A stretch of 64,000 bases of DNA from Candidatus Kerfeldbacteria bacterium. GTDB lineage: Bacteria > Patescibacteriota > Patescibacteriia > UBA9570 > XYC2-FULL-38-9. Location of the stretch: positions 15,444-79,443 of the forward strand of contig JBDRKW010000006.1 of NCBI GenBank assembly GCA_043813585.1. Reading direction: 5' to 3'. Below the pieces are notes generated by a model. It was given only the letters and a program-made list of their open reading frames with translations, had not been told where the DNA came from and did no database searches. Both the position numbers and the translations under genes were made by a program. This document shows, one piece after another, positions 28,769 through 38,399 of this stretch. The stretch's first letter is position 1. Each line of letters starts with the position of its first letter.

Positions 28769-29608
28769 ATGGATACACCGCAAATCAAAACCGAGCAATC
28801 GCCGCAGGGTCCGACCATCATCGTTCCGTCGGGGGCCGCCTATCATTCCTGCATGCACATGCCGGAGCTGAAGCCTGGCCAGCGGTGGAATGCGGTCATT
28901 GGAAAAGATGCGCACGTCGTAATGTGCGAGACCGATCCGCGCCAGTCAGAAATCGTCGTGGAAAAAGGCGCCCAGCTGGAATTGATGATCGTACAGTCCT
29001 CCCCTTCCCCCATTCCCCGTGCCATCGAAAAAACGCTGATTCTGCATGAACGGTCGTTTGTCCGTTTGTATATTGGGGCGTTTGAATCGATGGACCTTGC
29101 GGTTACCGGAAGGCTCGTCGGTGCGCGCGCCGGGTTCGGCCAGCATGTCACCTATTTTGGCACTGACAAGCAACAGGTCACGCTCAACCTTTCGGCTGTT
29201 CATGAAGCGGAAGAAACCATGTCGCGCATTCTCACGCGCGGCGTTGCGGTTGATGCGGCGCATGTTGATTTCACCGGCTCCGTGCGAATTGAACAATCAG
29301 GCGCGGGCGCCGATACCTTTGTCGGCCATCAAGGGCTGCTCCTCGGCAGCAATGCGCGCATTGACGCGCTGCCCCGTCTGGATATCGAAACAAATGACGT
29401 GAAGGCGGCGCACAGCTCCGCAATACATGCAATTGACGAAGAGCAGCTGTTCTACCTGCAATCACGCGGCATCGAGCGTGAAGAATCCTCCCGCATGATC
29501 GTCAATGGATTTCTGGAGGAGAGCCTGGCCATCGTGCGCGACTCAGACATCATTAAACTCGTCAAACAATCAATTAAAAATAAACAGGAACGACTTTCTT
29601 ATGAGTAA
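28769..29608 (+). CDS. sufD: Fe-S cluster assembly protein SufD (short form)
   Basis: P.L.I..NDV.A.H, QLFYLQSRGI; position in operon. Confidence 0.9.
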   Translation: MDTPQIKTEQSPQGPTIIVPSGAAYHSCMHMPELKPGQRWNAVIGKDAHVVMCETDPRQSEIVVEKGAQLELMIVQSSPSPIPRAIEKTLILHERSFVRLYIGAFESMDLAVTGRLVGARAGFGQHVTYFGTDKQQVTLNLSAVHEAEETMSRILTRGVAVDAAHVDFTGSVRIEQSGAGADTFVGHQGLLLGSNARIDALPRLDIETNDVKAAHSSAIHAIDEEQLFYLQSRGIEREESSRMIVNGFLEESLAIVRDSDIIKLVKQSIKNKQERLSYE

Positions 29609-30818
29609 CATATTCGATAAAGAAAAACTGAAAAAAGATTTCCCGTTCCTCGAGACGGACATTGTCTACCTGGACAACGGCGCAACCACGCAAAAACCGC
29701 GTCAGATGGTTGACGCCATCACCGATTACTACACCAATTACAGCGCCAACGTGCATCGCGGCATTTATAAGATGAGCGAACGGGCGGACGCCGCGTATGA
29801 AGCGGTGCGCGACCAGGTGCAAGAGCTGCTCAATGCCGAACACCGCGAAGAAATAATATTCACGAGCGGAACCACGCTGGCGCTCAACATGGCGGCGCAG
29901 ATGCTCGGCCAGCGCATGGAAGAAGGCGACGAGATCATCCTGACCCGGCTGGAACATCACGCGAACCTGATCCCCTGGCAGATGGTGGCAAAGCAAAAAA
30001 AGCTGAAAATCAAATTTTTGTCGCTGAATGAGCAGGAACAGATTGATCCGGAACAGCTGCGGCAGCTTATCACCGAAAAAACGAAAGTACTTTCCCTTAC
30101 GCACGTTTCGAATGTATCCGGGTATGTGACGCCGGTTCGCGAACTTGCAGACATTGCGCATGAACACGATATGACTGTCGTTGTTGATGCCGCGCAAAGC
30201 ACCCCGCATATGCCGGTGGACGTACAGGCGCTCGGTGCCGACATGCTGGCGTTTTCCGCGCACAAGATGTGCGGCCCGACCTACGTCGGCGTTCTGTACG
30301 GCCACAAGGATCTGCTCGAGGAGCTGGAGCCGGTGCTCGGCGGCGGAAGCATGATCCTGGAGGTCTCGATGGAAACGGCCACCTGGGCGGATCTTCCGCT
30401 CAAGTTCGAACCGGGCACGCCGAACATCGCCGGCGTCATCGGGTTCGGCGCCTCGCTCGCCTACCTCAAGAAACTCGGCATGGACGCAATACATAAATAC
30501 ATGACCGCATTGACAGCAACGGCGTACAAAGCCCTCGCGAGCATGGATGGCGTGAAGGTTTTCGGTCCGTCAGACCTATTGGTGCGCCATGGAATTTTCT
30601 CGTTAGCGGTTGACGGCATCCATCCGCATGACATGGCTTCGATTTTAGACGAACAAAACGTCGCAGTCCGCGCCGGCCACCACTGCGCCCAGCCGATGAT
30701 GGCACGTTGGGGCGTCCCGGCAACAACGCGCGCAAGCTTTTATTTTTACAACAACGAACAGGACGTCGACGCGCTCGTTGCCGCAATACAAAAAGCGCAA
30801 TCAATTTTTAAGGTATAA
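29601..30818 (+). CDS. sufS: Cysteine desulfurase, SufS class
   Basis: YLDNGATTQKP, ANVHRG, SAHKMCGP, RAGHHCAQP. Confidence 0.97.
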   Translation: MSNIFDKEKLKKDFPFLETDIVYLDNGATTQKPRQMVDAITDYYTNYSANVHRGIYKMSERADAAYEAVRDQVQELLNAEHREEIIFTSGTTLALNMAAQMLGQRMEEGDEIILTRLEHHANLIPWQMVAKQKKLKIKFLSLNEQEQIDPEQLRQLITEKTKVLSLTHVSNVSGYVTPVRELADIAHEHDMTVVVDAAQSTPHMPVDVQALGADMLAFSAHKMCGPTYVGVLYGHKDLLEELEPVLGGGSMILEVSMETATWADLPLKFEPGTPNIAGVIGFGASLAYLKKLGMDAIHKYMTALTATAYKALASMDGVKVFGPSDLLVRHGIFSLAVDGIHPHDMASILDEQNVAVRAGHHCAQPMMARWGVPATTRASFYFYNNEQDVDALVAAIQKAQSIFKV

Positions 30819-30822
30819 CGCT

Positions 30823-31188
30823 ATGGAACTCTACAGGGAAGAAATACTCGAACACTACCGCAAGCCGCACAACAGCGGAACGCTTGAAGGCGCGGATATT
30901 GTCCAGCATGAGCAAAACACGACCTGCGGCGACATACTCACGTTCTACCTCAATATGGAAGACGACAAAGTCAAAGAAGTCATGTTTGAAGGCGAAGGAT
31001 GCGCAATCAGCCAGGCCGCGGCGTCCATGCTGACCGATGAAATTAAAGGCAAAACCGTTGAAGAAGTGAAACAGCTGACAAAAGATGATATCGTCGATTT
31101 ACTCGGAATTGAACTGGGGCCAACGCGCCTGAAATGCGCGCTTCTGTCGCTGCAAGGCGTCACAAACGCAGTGAGCAAGACAGAATAA
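30823..31188 (+). CDS. sufU: SUF system NifU-family Fe-S assembly protein
   Basis: N..CGD, GCAISQAAAS, RLKCALL. Confidence 0.94.
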   Translation: MELYREEILEHYRKPHNSGTLEGADIVQHEQNTTCGDILTFYLNMEDDKVKEVMFEGEGCAISQAAASMLTDEIKGKTVEEVKQLTKDDIVDLLGIELGPTRLKCALLSLQGVTNAVSKTE

Positions 31189-31198
31189 CAAGAATATC

Positions 31199-31277
31199 AA
31201 AAGCGCCGCCTAGCGGTATTTCCGTACACGAGATTCTCAAAGTCGAGTGGCGGGAACAGCGCAAAAGCGGCGCTTTT
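31199..31277. terminator. Long bidirectional hairpin/terminator
   Basis: AAAAGCGCCGC..GCGGCGCTTTT closing an ~80-nt imperfect stem between convergent genes. Confidence 0.65.
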
Positions 31278-31288
31278 CTATTTCTGAT

Positions 31289-32482
31289 TTATTGTGTAGG
31301 TGGTTTGTCCTGCGGTTCGGACGGCTTGTCCATAGGAGCCGGCGCAGCGCTTTCAGGCGCTTTGCCTTTCTTCTTGCCGCGCTGAACAAGCACGAACACG
31401 ATCGCGCCGATAATCACAAGGACGATGAAAATGATCCAGATGTTCTTGAGCAGCAGAACCACCGAATACACGACAATCCACATCGCTATGCCGACTAATG
31501 AAGCGATGAACTTCAGCACGCCGTCAAACCCGCGGTCAATGTGCTTGCCCACGACCGGAATGAACTTGAACATGTTGGTGAACAGCATCAACGGGCCCAC
31601 AATCAGAATCATGCCAAACACCATCAGCACAAGCGACACGATGCGCAGTATCCATTTCGTACTTGCATCCTGCGCCTCCAGCGCTTCCAACGTCCCCTGG
31701 TGCGACAGGTTCGACACGACAAATGGCCTGCCTTCATATGCCGCTTTGACTTCATCATTTTCCGCGTTGCCGGCGATTAGAAGTGTTTTGAACAGCGGCA
31801 TATAATCATAGACCCAGCGCACATCACCTTCTATCGGATCATTTTTGCTTTCCGTATATTCGTAATTGGTCAGCGATTTCGTTCCGAAAAATGTTGTTGA
31901 TCCGCTCGGCGTTACCGTAAAAACGCCCAGCTTAAACGAAGCATACTTTGAATCCGTTTCTGTGCTCTCCCAGTCATACTCTTCCACAAGGTAGCAGGAC
32001 TCGCAATTGGTTCCGTCCTGGTCGCACTCCTCGCCAACATACCGGATTTTTGTCTGGTTCTCTGAAATCGTACCGCACTGCTCATGCTCCGAACGCGTAT
32101 AGACCTGCTTGTCCGTCTCGACATAAAGGCACTTCTCCGGCTCCTGAGCCTTCGCTGTGTCATCAGTGGCTGCTTCCCCTTCTACAGCTTTTTTATCGTC
32201 CGCTTTCTCGTCCTTTACTTTCCCTTCCTCGTCCGCAACAGGACAATTCAGTTTATCTGCTTCGGAGGTCTCCCCTTCAGTGGCAATATACCCGGTTTCA
32301 GGCGCAGTTGCCTCGATTACTTTTGCGGAAGAAAAATCCTCCGCGCGGTGCTGCGATTCCGCATACCATGCAGCAAGCGGCGAACCGATGACGACCAATC
32401 CGAGGCCGATCAAGACGCCGAATAAACTCGAAAAGATTCCTCCCTCTTTCCGGGTTCGATAGACTTTGTTATCCATAGTCAT
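31289..32482 (-). CDS. TMEM43-like membrane protein
   Basis: N-terminal TM (SLFGVLIGLGL..W.AE), large soluble loop with P..GDVR..Y, TKWILR followed by several TMs. Confidence 0.65.
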   Translation of the reverse strand: MTMDNKVYRTRKEGGIFSSLFGVLIGLGLVVIGSPLAAWYAESQHRAEDFSSAKVIEATAPETGYIATEGETSEADKLNCPVADEEGKVKDEKADDKKAVEGEAATDDTAKAQEPEKCLYVETDKQVYTRSEHEQCGTISENQTKIRYVGEECDQDGTNCESCYLVEEYDWESTETDSKYASFKLGVFTVTPSGSTTFFGTKSLTNYEYTESKNDPIEGDVRWVYDYMPLFKTLLIAGNAENDEVKAAYEGRPFVVSNLSHQGTLEALEAQDASTKWILRIVSLVLMVFGMILIVGPLMLFTNMFKFIPVVGKHIDRGFDGVLKFIASLVGIAMWIVVYSVVLLLKNIWIIFIVLVIIGAIVFVLVQRGKKKGKAPESAAPAPMDKPSEPQDKPPTQ

Positions 32483-32563
32483 TCTTTTAATGAAAAATCA
32501 ACATGATAATTATACGCTATTTTGCCTAAATGAAAAATGAAGCGGCGCGATCATCACCTTGCC

Positions 32564-33775
32564 TTAATCTGTATTTTCCAGATCCTCAAGCACGATATCC
32601 CATGCGTCCGAAGCGACCGGTTCCGGCCGGCCATGCGACGGAAAGGCATGCATATCAATATAGGGCAGGCTGTTGGCCTCGAGCACTGCGCATTCCTGGC
32701 CAGTATGCGGCTGATTGACCTCCGGACAGATAAAATCGATCCCAACCAGGTTCGTCTGCAGCAATCGGGCAATGTCCAAAAATAATTGAATATTCTCCGG
32801 ATGCACATCATCGATGACATTCACCACGTCCGCCCCCTGGGACAGGATATGTTTGGGCTGAAGAAGAACCACCTGACCCACGTCTGGAACAGAATCGAGG
32901 TTCAGCGCCTGTTGCGCGAGCTGCCGCTCCAGCACGTCGTCAAGCGGTATTTCAAACAGCGTGACGTTGGGTTGTCCCCTTTTTCCGCGGCGTTCGTCGG
33001 CATTTTTTATCTCAACCAGTTGCCGGATGGTCGAGTCGCCATCGCCCACAACATTTGCCCGGTCGCGGCGGCACACATATACCTTCCTCTGCCCGATGAC
33101 TGTCGCGCGGTACAGCGGCCCGCGTATAAACCGCTCCACGATAATATCCGGGCGGTACGCGCGGCAATCGCGGATCGCGCGTGCGAGTTCCTCTTCTGAA
33201 TTGATATCGACAAACGTGTGGCAACTTAATGAACCGCCGTTCGGCTTAACGACCAGTGGAAAACCAAGATGCATCCCATAATTATAGGCGCGGCGTGCTG
33301 TGTAGAAGCGTTTCCCTTCTGCCACCGGAACCGCGTGATCGGCCAATAATTTTTTCATTCGAAATTTGTCGTCCACATTAACAATCAGTGGATCACGGAT
33401 TTTTAACGGAATGCATTCATAATGGTGGCGCCTGCCGTTTGCGAATAAGACATACTCGTTCATCGGTCTGCCGAAAAACGTCAGTGCGCGTACATCCAGC
33501 TGCCTGCGCTGCGCTTCCCGGAAAAAAATGAGGCTCCGGTTGAGGATCTTCTCTTCATCCACGTCGCGCGCCAGCCGAATCACGGTCAATTTAGAAAGCA
33601 CAAAAACAGCACCGCGTCCTGCCAATGACGACAAATTCCGCATCGGCGTACGCGCCGCAAAACGAGAAACCGCCTCAAAAGGAACCAGCATATGGTCAAC
33701 CATAAAATCAATGCGGGCATGGAGATGCGTCCGCCGCTTTGTGGGCAGGCAATGGATGCAGTATTTATTTTCCAT
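32564..33775 (-). CDS. Cyanophycin-synthetase-like ATP-grasp protein (no Mur-ligase half)
   Basis: DDK...K..L....VPV, FPLVVKP..GS, VERFI.G, VVGDG.STI..L, GIDFI, LEANS.P. Confidence 0.8.
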   Translation of the reverse strand: MENKYCIHCLPTKRRTHLHARIDFMVDHMLVPFEAVSRFAARTPMRNLSSLAGRGAVFVLSKLTVIRLARDVDEEKILNRSLIFFREAQRRQLDVRALTFFGRPMNEYVLFANGRRHHYECIPLKIRDPLIVNVDDKFRMKKLLADHAVPVAEGKRFYTARRAYNYGMHLGFPLVVKPNGGSLSCHTFVDINSEEELARAIRDCRAYRPDIIVERFIRGPLYRATVIGQRKVYVCRRDRANVVGDGDSTIRQLVEIKNADERRGKRGQPNVTLFEIPLDDVLERQLAQQALNLDSVPDVGQVVLLQPKHILSQGADVVNVIDDVHPENIQLFLDIARLLQTNLVGIDFICPEVNQPHTGQECAVLEANSLPYIDMHAFPSHGRPEPVASDAWDIVLEDLENTD

Positions 33776-33889
33776 AGCTGTAGGATACACGAAAAATTGA
33801 TTGGCGCCAGGGTAAAAAAAATCGGCATGCCTGTCCTCTGCAGTTGCATGCCGTACCGGTATCGTTCTGCGCAATTCGTGCAGGCCGTC

Positions 33890-35917
33890 CTACCGGTGGA
33901 CGAACTGGGCCTTGACCCGCGGACCGTTCGTCACGAAGTTCGTGAGGCCGATGATGTGATCCTTGGTCTCACCACACCTACCGGACGCCTTGGCTTCCTC
34001 CATGAGGCCCTCCGCGAGCGGTTTCTCGATGCCGCGCATCACCACGCCCACCAGGATGTCGTCGATGGCCCGCGAGCGATGCCCGATGTCTACCTGCAGC
34101 GGCGCGTCCGGGATGAGGCTCGGCTTCACCGGCCTGGCGTCCATCGGCTTCATCTTGAAGGTGGACGCCCCGTGGGTCAGGATCATCTCCCTGGCCCACT
34201 TCATTGGATCCAGGTTGATGGCGTCGGCCCACCCATATTCCAGTGCGGTAACCGCGCCGATCGCCACGCCCGCGCGGAGCATCTGGAGCGCGCGATCCAC
34301 GCCCACCAGCCGCGGAAGTCGCTGGGTGCCGCCGTACCCGGGAATGATGCCCAGGTTGACCTCGGGCTGGCCGATCGCGGCGTCCGTGCTGATGACGCGC
34401 TTCCAGCACGCCATCGCCATCTCCGCGCCGCCGCCGAGGCAGAGCCCCTTGACCACGGCCACGACCGGCTTGGACATGGCTTCGATCTGGAGGGTCAGCA
34501 GCTGGCCGGCGCGTGGGAACTGCGCCATCTCATCGGGCTTCCCGCGCAGGTCCGCCAGCTCGGTCACGTCAGCTCCGGCGAGGATGCCGTTGAAGCCGGT
34601 GAAGATCACGCCCTTGACGGAATCGTCGCCATCGAGCTGCTTGAAGGCCATCGAGAGCTCCAGGATGGTCGCCGCGTTGAGCGGGTTCACCGGCGGCCGG
34701 AACACGGTCACGGTCGCGACACCGCTACTGTCGACGTCCACCTTGACGTTCTTGTAGACCTGCGGCAGCTGGCCGTCATCCGGAATCCTGTCGCTCTCGA
34801 ACAAGGCGGGCGGTTCGTAGTTGATGAACCCGTCGTTCACGGCGGCATCGAACCAATCGAACAGGTTGGCCGCACCGGCGTGGCTCATCATCTCCACTAC
34901 GCCCTTGTTGAACGCGAGCGCAGTGCGGGAGATCCAGTTCAGGTCGAACGCGCTGACCACGCCCTTCTCGAGCAGGTGCAGCGCCAGGCCGGCGAGGTAG
35001 GCCTTGCACACCGACGCGATCTTCTCGTACATGACCCCGTCGATCTGCTCGTCCTCCTCCGAGGCCTCCCGATGGTTGTACCACGGCGTCGCGTCCTGGG
35101 CGCGCATCATCGCGGTCATCGGATCATGGAGGCCGAACAGCCCGGTCTGCGCCCAGTACTCCAAGCACTCAGCCGTGAGGTTGTTCGCGTTCGGGATGAG
35201 GATGTGAACCAGGAACACCCCGCCGCCGCCGATCTCCCGATTGAGGACGTTGTTGACCTGGCGAGGCGTGCCCCAGTTGGCGTTCACGAGTCCGCACGCG
35301 CAGTCCATCATCCCGCAGAACAGGATGTTGCCCGCAAACAGCGGGCTGTCCGCCACGTGCACCGGCACCTTGCCGAGCCGGCGCAGCGTCTCGTCCGCAC
35401 GCGCAGTCATCTCGGGGTTCCGGGACGCCGTGAGCTCCATGACCGGATTCTTCCACGCCGGGAAGAACGGGTGCATAACGAAGCACCTCTCCTTGTACAT
35501 CGAGTCGCGCGCGATCTCGCTGCACGGCAGCGACGACGTCGTGAACCCGATCAGGCAGTCTGCCGGCACCAGCTCCTCGGTCTGCGCCAGGATCCGCCGC
35601 TTGAGCTCCAGGTTCTCGGTCGCGGCCTCGATCACCAGGTCGAAGTCGGTTCGGCTCTGCGGACCGCCCTTGAGCGAATCGCTGAACTCGAAGCACGACA
35701 GGATTTGCGACTTCACCGTCGCCGACATCTTCCCGCGCGCGTGGCCCTTCTCGGCTAGCTGCAGGATCTCCTTCTTGGCCGACTCAAGCACCCTCGCGTT
35801 GATGTCCGCGAGCACGACGCAGCAGTCGCCCTTGAGAGCCGTCGCGAACGAGTACGCCAGCCCTCTGCCGATGGATCCGGCACCGATGATTCCGATCAAA
35901 AACTCTTTCTGTATCAC
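33890..35917 (-). CDS. 3-hydroxyacyl-CoA dehydrogenase / enoyl-CoA hydratase fusion (HAD N-terminal, ECH C-terminal)
   Basis: GIIGAGSIG, VIEAATENLELK, TSSL, HPFFP; AGADV, GGGAEMAMAC, QPEVNLGIIPGYGGTQRL; SD GGGAGG before GTG; very high GC3. Confidence 0.9.
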   Translation of the reverse strand: MIQKEFLIGIIGAGSIGRGLAYSFATALKGDCCVVLADINARVLESAKKEILQLAEKGHARGKMSATVKSQILSCFEFSDSLKGGPQSRTDFDLVIEAATENLELKRRILAQTEELVPADCLIGFTTSSLPCSEIARDSMYKERCFVMHPFFPAWKNPVMELTASRNPEMTARADETLRRLGKVPVHVADSPLFAGNILFCGMMDCACGLVNANWGTPRQVNNVLNREIGGGGVFLVHILIPNANNLTAECLEYWAQTGLFGLHDPMTAMMRAQDATPWYNHREASEEDEQIDGVMYEKIASVCKAYLAGLALHLLEKGVVSAFDLNWISRTALAFNKGVVEMMSHAGAANLFDWFDAAVNDGFINYEPPALFESDRIPDDGQLPQVYKNVKVDVDSSGVATVTVFRPPVNPLNAATILELSMAFKQLDGDDSVKGVIFTGFNGILAGADVTELADLRGKPDEMAQFPRAGQLLTLQIEAMSKPVVAVVKGLCLGGGAEMAMACWKRVISTDAAIGQPEVNLGIIPGYGGTQRLPRLVGVDRALQMLRAGVAIGAVTALEYGWADAINLDPMKWAREMILTHGASTFKMKPMDARPVKPSLIPDAPLQVDIGHRSRAIDDILVGVVMRGIEKPLAEGLMEEAKASGRCGETKDHIIGLTNFVTNGPRVKAQFVHR

Positions 35918-36023
35918 GGTCTCTACCTCCCTGTTGTTCGTTTACCGATAGTTTCAATTCGAAAAAGAGCAGATACGCTCCTCTCGTAAACCGACGACCA
36001 TCATAGCATGCAAAACTGAGAAG

Positions 36024-37325
36024 TCAACGCTCGAATGAACCCGCATCAAGCCGCTTTTGAACGGCCGGCAAACGAACGATGAATGCAACAATAAACAGCA
36101 AAACAAGCCCAAACGTCATTATTTTGAACCCTGCAAGCGTCTGTTCGCCGCTCACCGGCAAATAATTCCAAAACTGCGTCATCGCAAGCGTGCAGAAAGA
36201 CAGAATATGAACCGGAATATTTTTCTTTGTGAGCGGAAAACACAATAGATACAAACTAAACGGCAATATATACAAGTGGTACTGCTTATGCGTGCTCCGG
36301 GCGAACAATAATACAAACAGCATCACCATGCTGTAATCGATTAATAAATCTTCCGGCAGTATTCGTTTCCGATAGCGCCATAAAACTCCGGCCGCGCCTG
36401 CTCCGACAAGCATGGTAATCCAGGTTAATGCGTCACGAAACGTTTTCGCCAGCCCTTTCCGCGGAGTATCGGAATTGGGAGCGATCCAGTCAAATTCTCC
36501 GTTCTTGATCGACGTCCGGAACGAACCATACAGCGACGAACTGGCTTTGATATCGCCTAAATCGCCGCTGATCACTGCTTTCTGTACGCTCGTCAGTGTT
36601 TTCATCGTCTTCTCTGTGCCAAACAGCGGAACGGCTGCCGCGAACAGCACGGCAATAACAAGAACCATGGCAACCGCGGCTTTCCACTGCTTTTTCAAGA
36701 CCATATACGGAAGCAGGAATAACGGAAAGACCTTCACCACGGCAACCAACCCAAAACCGGCTCCGGCCAGCCACCCATTCTTATGGGCAATAAGCGCCAA
36801 ACCGCCCATCATCACGAATAACAGCGCCCCATTCACCTGCCCGGTCCCGAACAGCCCCTGAACCGGCGGCGCAAACGCCAGCGCCAATACAAGAGCCGTA
36901 TAACGAAACTTCAAAACGTCATCGCGCAACAGATAATGGATGCACACATATAACGCTCCCAAAAACAATGCCGCGTTCACCAACGCCCACGCTCGCGTCA
37001 TCGCATCGAGCGATGTAATTGAAAAAGGGACAAACAGCACGGCTGATTGAGGCGGATATAAAAACTGCGTCCCGCCCCTATGCTCGCGCAGTTCCATGAT
37101 CGCCTGCCGCAGCGCTTTTTTGTCCAGGACCTCGGCCGGTTCCAAACCATGCTGGCTCGTCATTGCCGCGCCAACGACATAGAACACCGTTAAGTCAGTT
37201 TGTCCGTACCCGACATCGCTGTATTTATCCAGAAGAAAAACAGCATTATAAAACACGAAAAACAACAGGACTGCTCCTGCTGCCAATACTTGAATAATGC
37301 GGCGTTGTTCAGGCGAAATCGTCAT
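36024..37325 (-). CDS. Glycosyltransferase family 87 (DUF2029) membrane protein
   Basis: D..VFY, FLYPP, GQVN, K.FP motifs; many TMs. Confidence 0.85.
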   Translation of the reverse strand: MTISPEQRRIIQVLAAGAVLLFFVFYNAVFLLDKYSDVGYGQTDLTVFYVVGAAMTSQHGLEPAEVLDKKALRQAIMELREHRGGTQFLYPPQSAVLFVPFSITSLDAMTRAWALVNAALFLGALYVCIHYLLRDDVLKFRYTALVLALAFAPPVQGLFGTGQVNGALLFVMMGGLALIAHKNGWLAGAGFGLVAVVKVFPLFLLPYMVLKKQWKAAVAMVLVIAVLFAAAVPLFGTEKTMKTLTSVQKAVISGDLGDIKASSSLYGSFRTSIKNGEFDWIAPNSDTPRKGLAKTFRDALTWITMLVGAGAAGVLWRYRKRILPEDLLIDYSMVMLFVLLFARSTHKQYHLYILPFSLYLLCFPLTKKNIPVHILSFCTLAMTQFWNYLPVSGEQTLAGFKIMTFGLVLLFIVAFIVRLPAVQKRLDAGSFER

Positions 37326-37372
37326 AGTTGTAGTGCGACCAAATTGTACACAGGGCAACGCCTAAATGCAAC

Positions 37373-37398
37373 AAAAACCGCCCCTCGCGAGGCGGTTT
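37373..37398 (-). terminator. Intrinsic terminator
   Basis: AAACCGCC..GGCGGTTT stem with A-run. Confidence 0.7.
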
Positions 37399-37420
37399 GA
37401 TCTTTGAACTATTCAGTTGC

Positions 37421-38257
37421 TTACAGCGCGAGTGACTCAAGAATGTTATCAAGAATATCTTCATCAGTATCAGAGATGCCGGTAGTTGATACTGTAGGAT
37501 AGGTTCGTGATGAAGCCATGATCGTCATGATGTAATCACCAACTGCGATTCGATGTCCAACATTAGGCTCATCAGCTGCATCAGTCTGATTCTTTCCAAA
37601 GAAGATATCAGTCTTGTTTGTGCCTTCGCCATGATAGGTCTTCTCTGTCACTTTTGCACCAGCAATATCTAGCGATACAGTCTTTGTACTGATTTCGCTG
37701 TAGCCAATTCCTGTTCGGAACCAGGTTATCATCGAACTGTCATTCTTGTCGCGATAACACACAGTCATGAACGTATTCGTTGACTGAAAAAGAAGACAGA
37801 ACCCCCCTTTTTCAACTACCCGATTTTCATCAGCATCATATACTTGCTCCTTCACTTCCCAATCGCTTGGATAGTGCCACGTCAACCCATATTTCGTATC
37901 CGTATACGTGCTCCAACCTTCGTATGCGCTGTCCGCTTCATCAATCGTTACGTCATCAAGAGTTGTCTCATCTTCGGTTGTAACCTCAACCGCATCCCCG
38001 TTCTCGTCAAACAACTCCAACGAGGTGTCGCCCTGGCAATCCTGGATCGTCTTCCGACAATCAGAAAGCGCGTCCGTGCAGGATTCAAAGTTCGTCTGCA
38101 GCGTTGAAAATTGATTTTCCAACTCCGTAATCCGGACATCATATTCATCGTCATTTGCAGAGACCTGTACGGAAAAGAAAAGATATGCGGCAATCGCAAC
38201 GACCAGCGCCGAAACTGTCGCCGCAATTGTAATTGGTAATGTGTTCGATTGTGCCAT
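37421..38257 (-). CDS. Hypothetical membrane-anchored surface protein (PsbP-like C-terminal domain)
   Basis: N-terminal TM, coiled coil, W.TY.D.KYG....YPSDW motif, ends DNILESL. Confidence 0.7.
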   Translation of the reverse strand: MAQSNTLPITIAATVSALVVAIAAYLFFSVQVSANDDEYDVRITELENQFSTLQTNFESCTDALSDCRKTIQDCQGDTSLELFDENGDAVEVTTEDETTLDDVTIDEADSAYEGWSTYTDTKYGLTWHYPSDWEVKEQVYDADENRVVEKGGFCLLFQSTNTFMTVCYRDKNDSSMITWFRTGIGYSEISTKTVSLDIAGAKVTEKTYHGEGTNKTDIFFGKNQTDAADEPNVGHRIAVGDYIMTIMASSRTYPTVSTTGISDTDEDILDNILESLAL

Positions 38258-38362
38258 ATTTGTATTTAATTATTTCCTCTATAAAAATAGCACAAATCGG
38301 CATTGTGGAAAAGCATGCCTGTGTTGCGCTTATCCCCCGTTGACTTTGTGGGTGCCAGGAGT

Positions 38363-38381
38363 AAAGTATGAAAAGTATGAA
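38363..38381 (+). promoter_or_regulatory. Tandem direct repeat, putative operator of the AbrB-family regulator
   Basis: AAAGTATGA AAAGTATGA immediately upstream of the regulator gene, downstream of TTGACT at 38340. Confidence 0.55.
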
Positions 38382-38399
38382 TTTTATAACTTCGACCCT

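Noticed and set aside
33692-35758. 688-aa plus-strand ORF
   Set aside because: Antisense shadow of the HAD-ECH gene caused by avoidance of TTA, CTA and TCA codons
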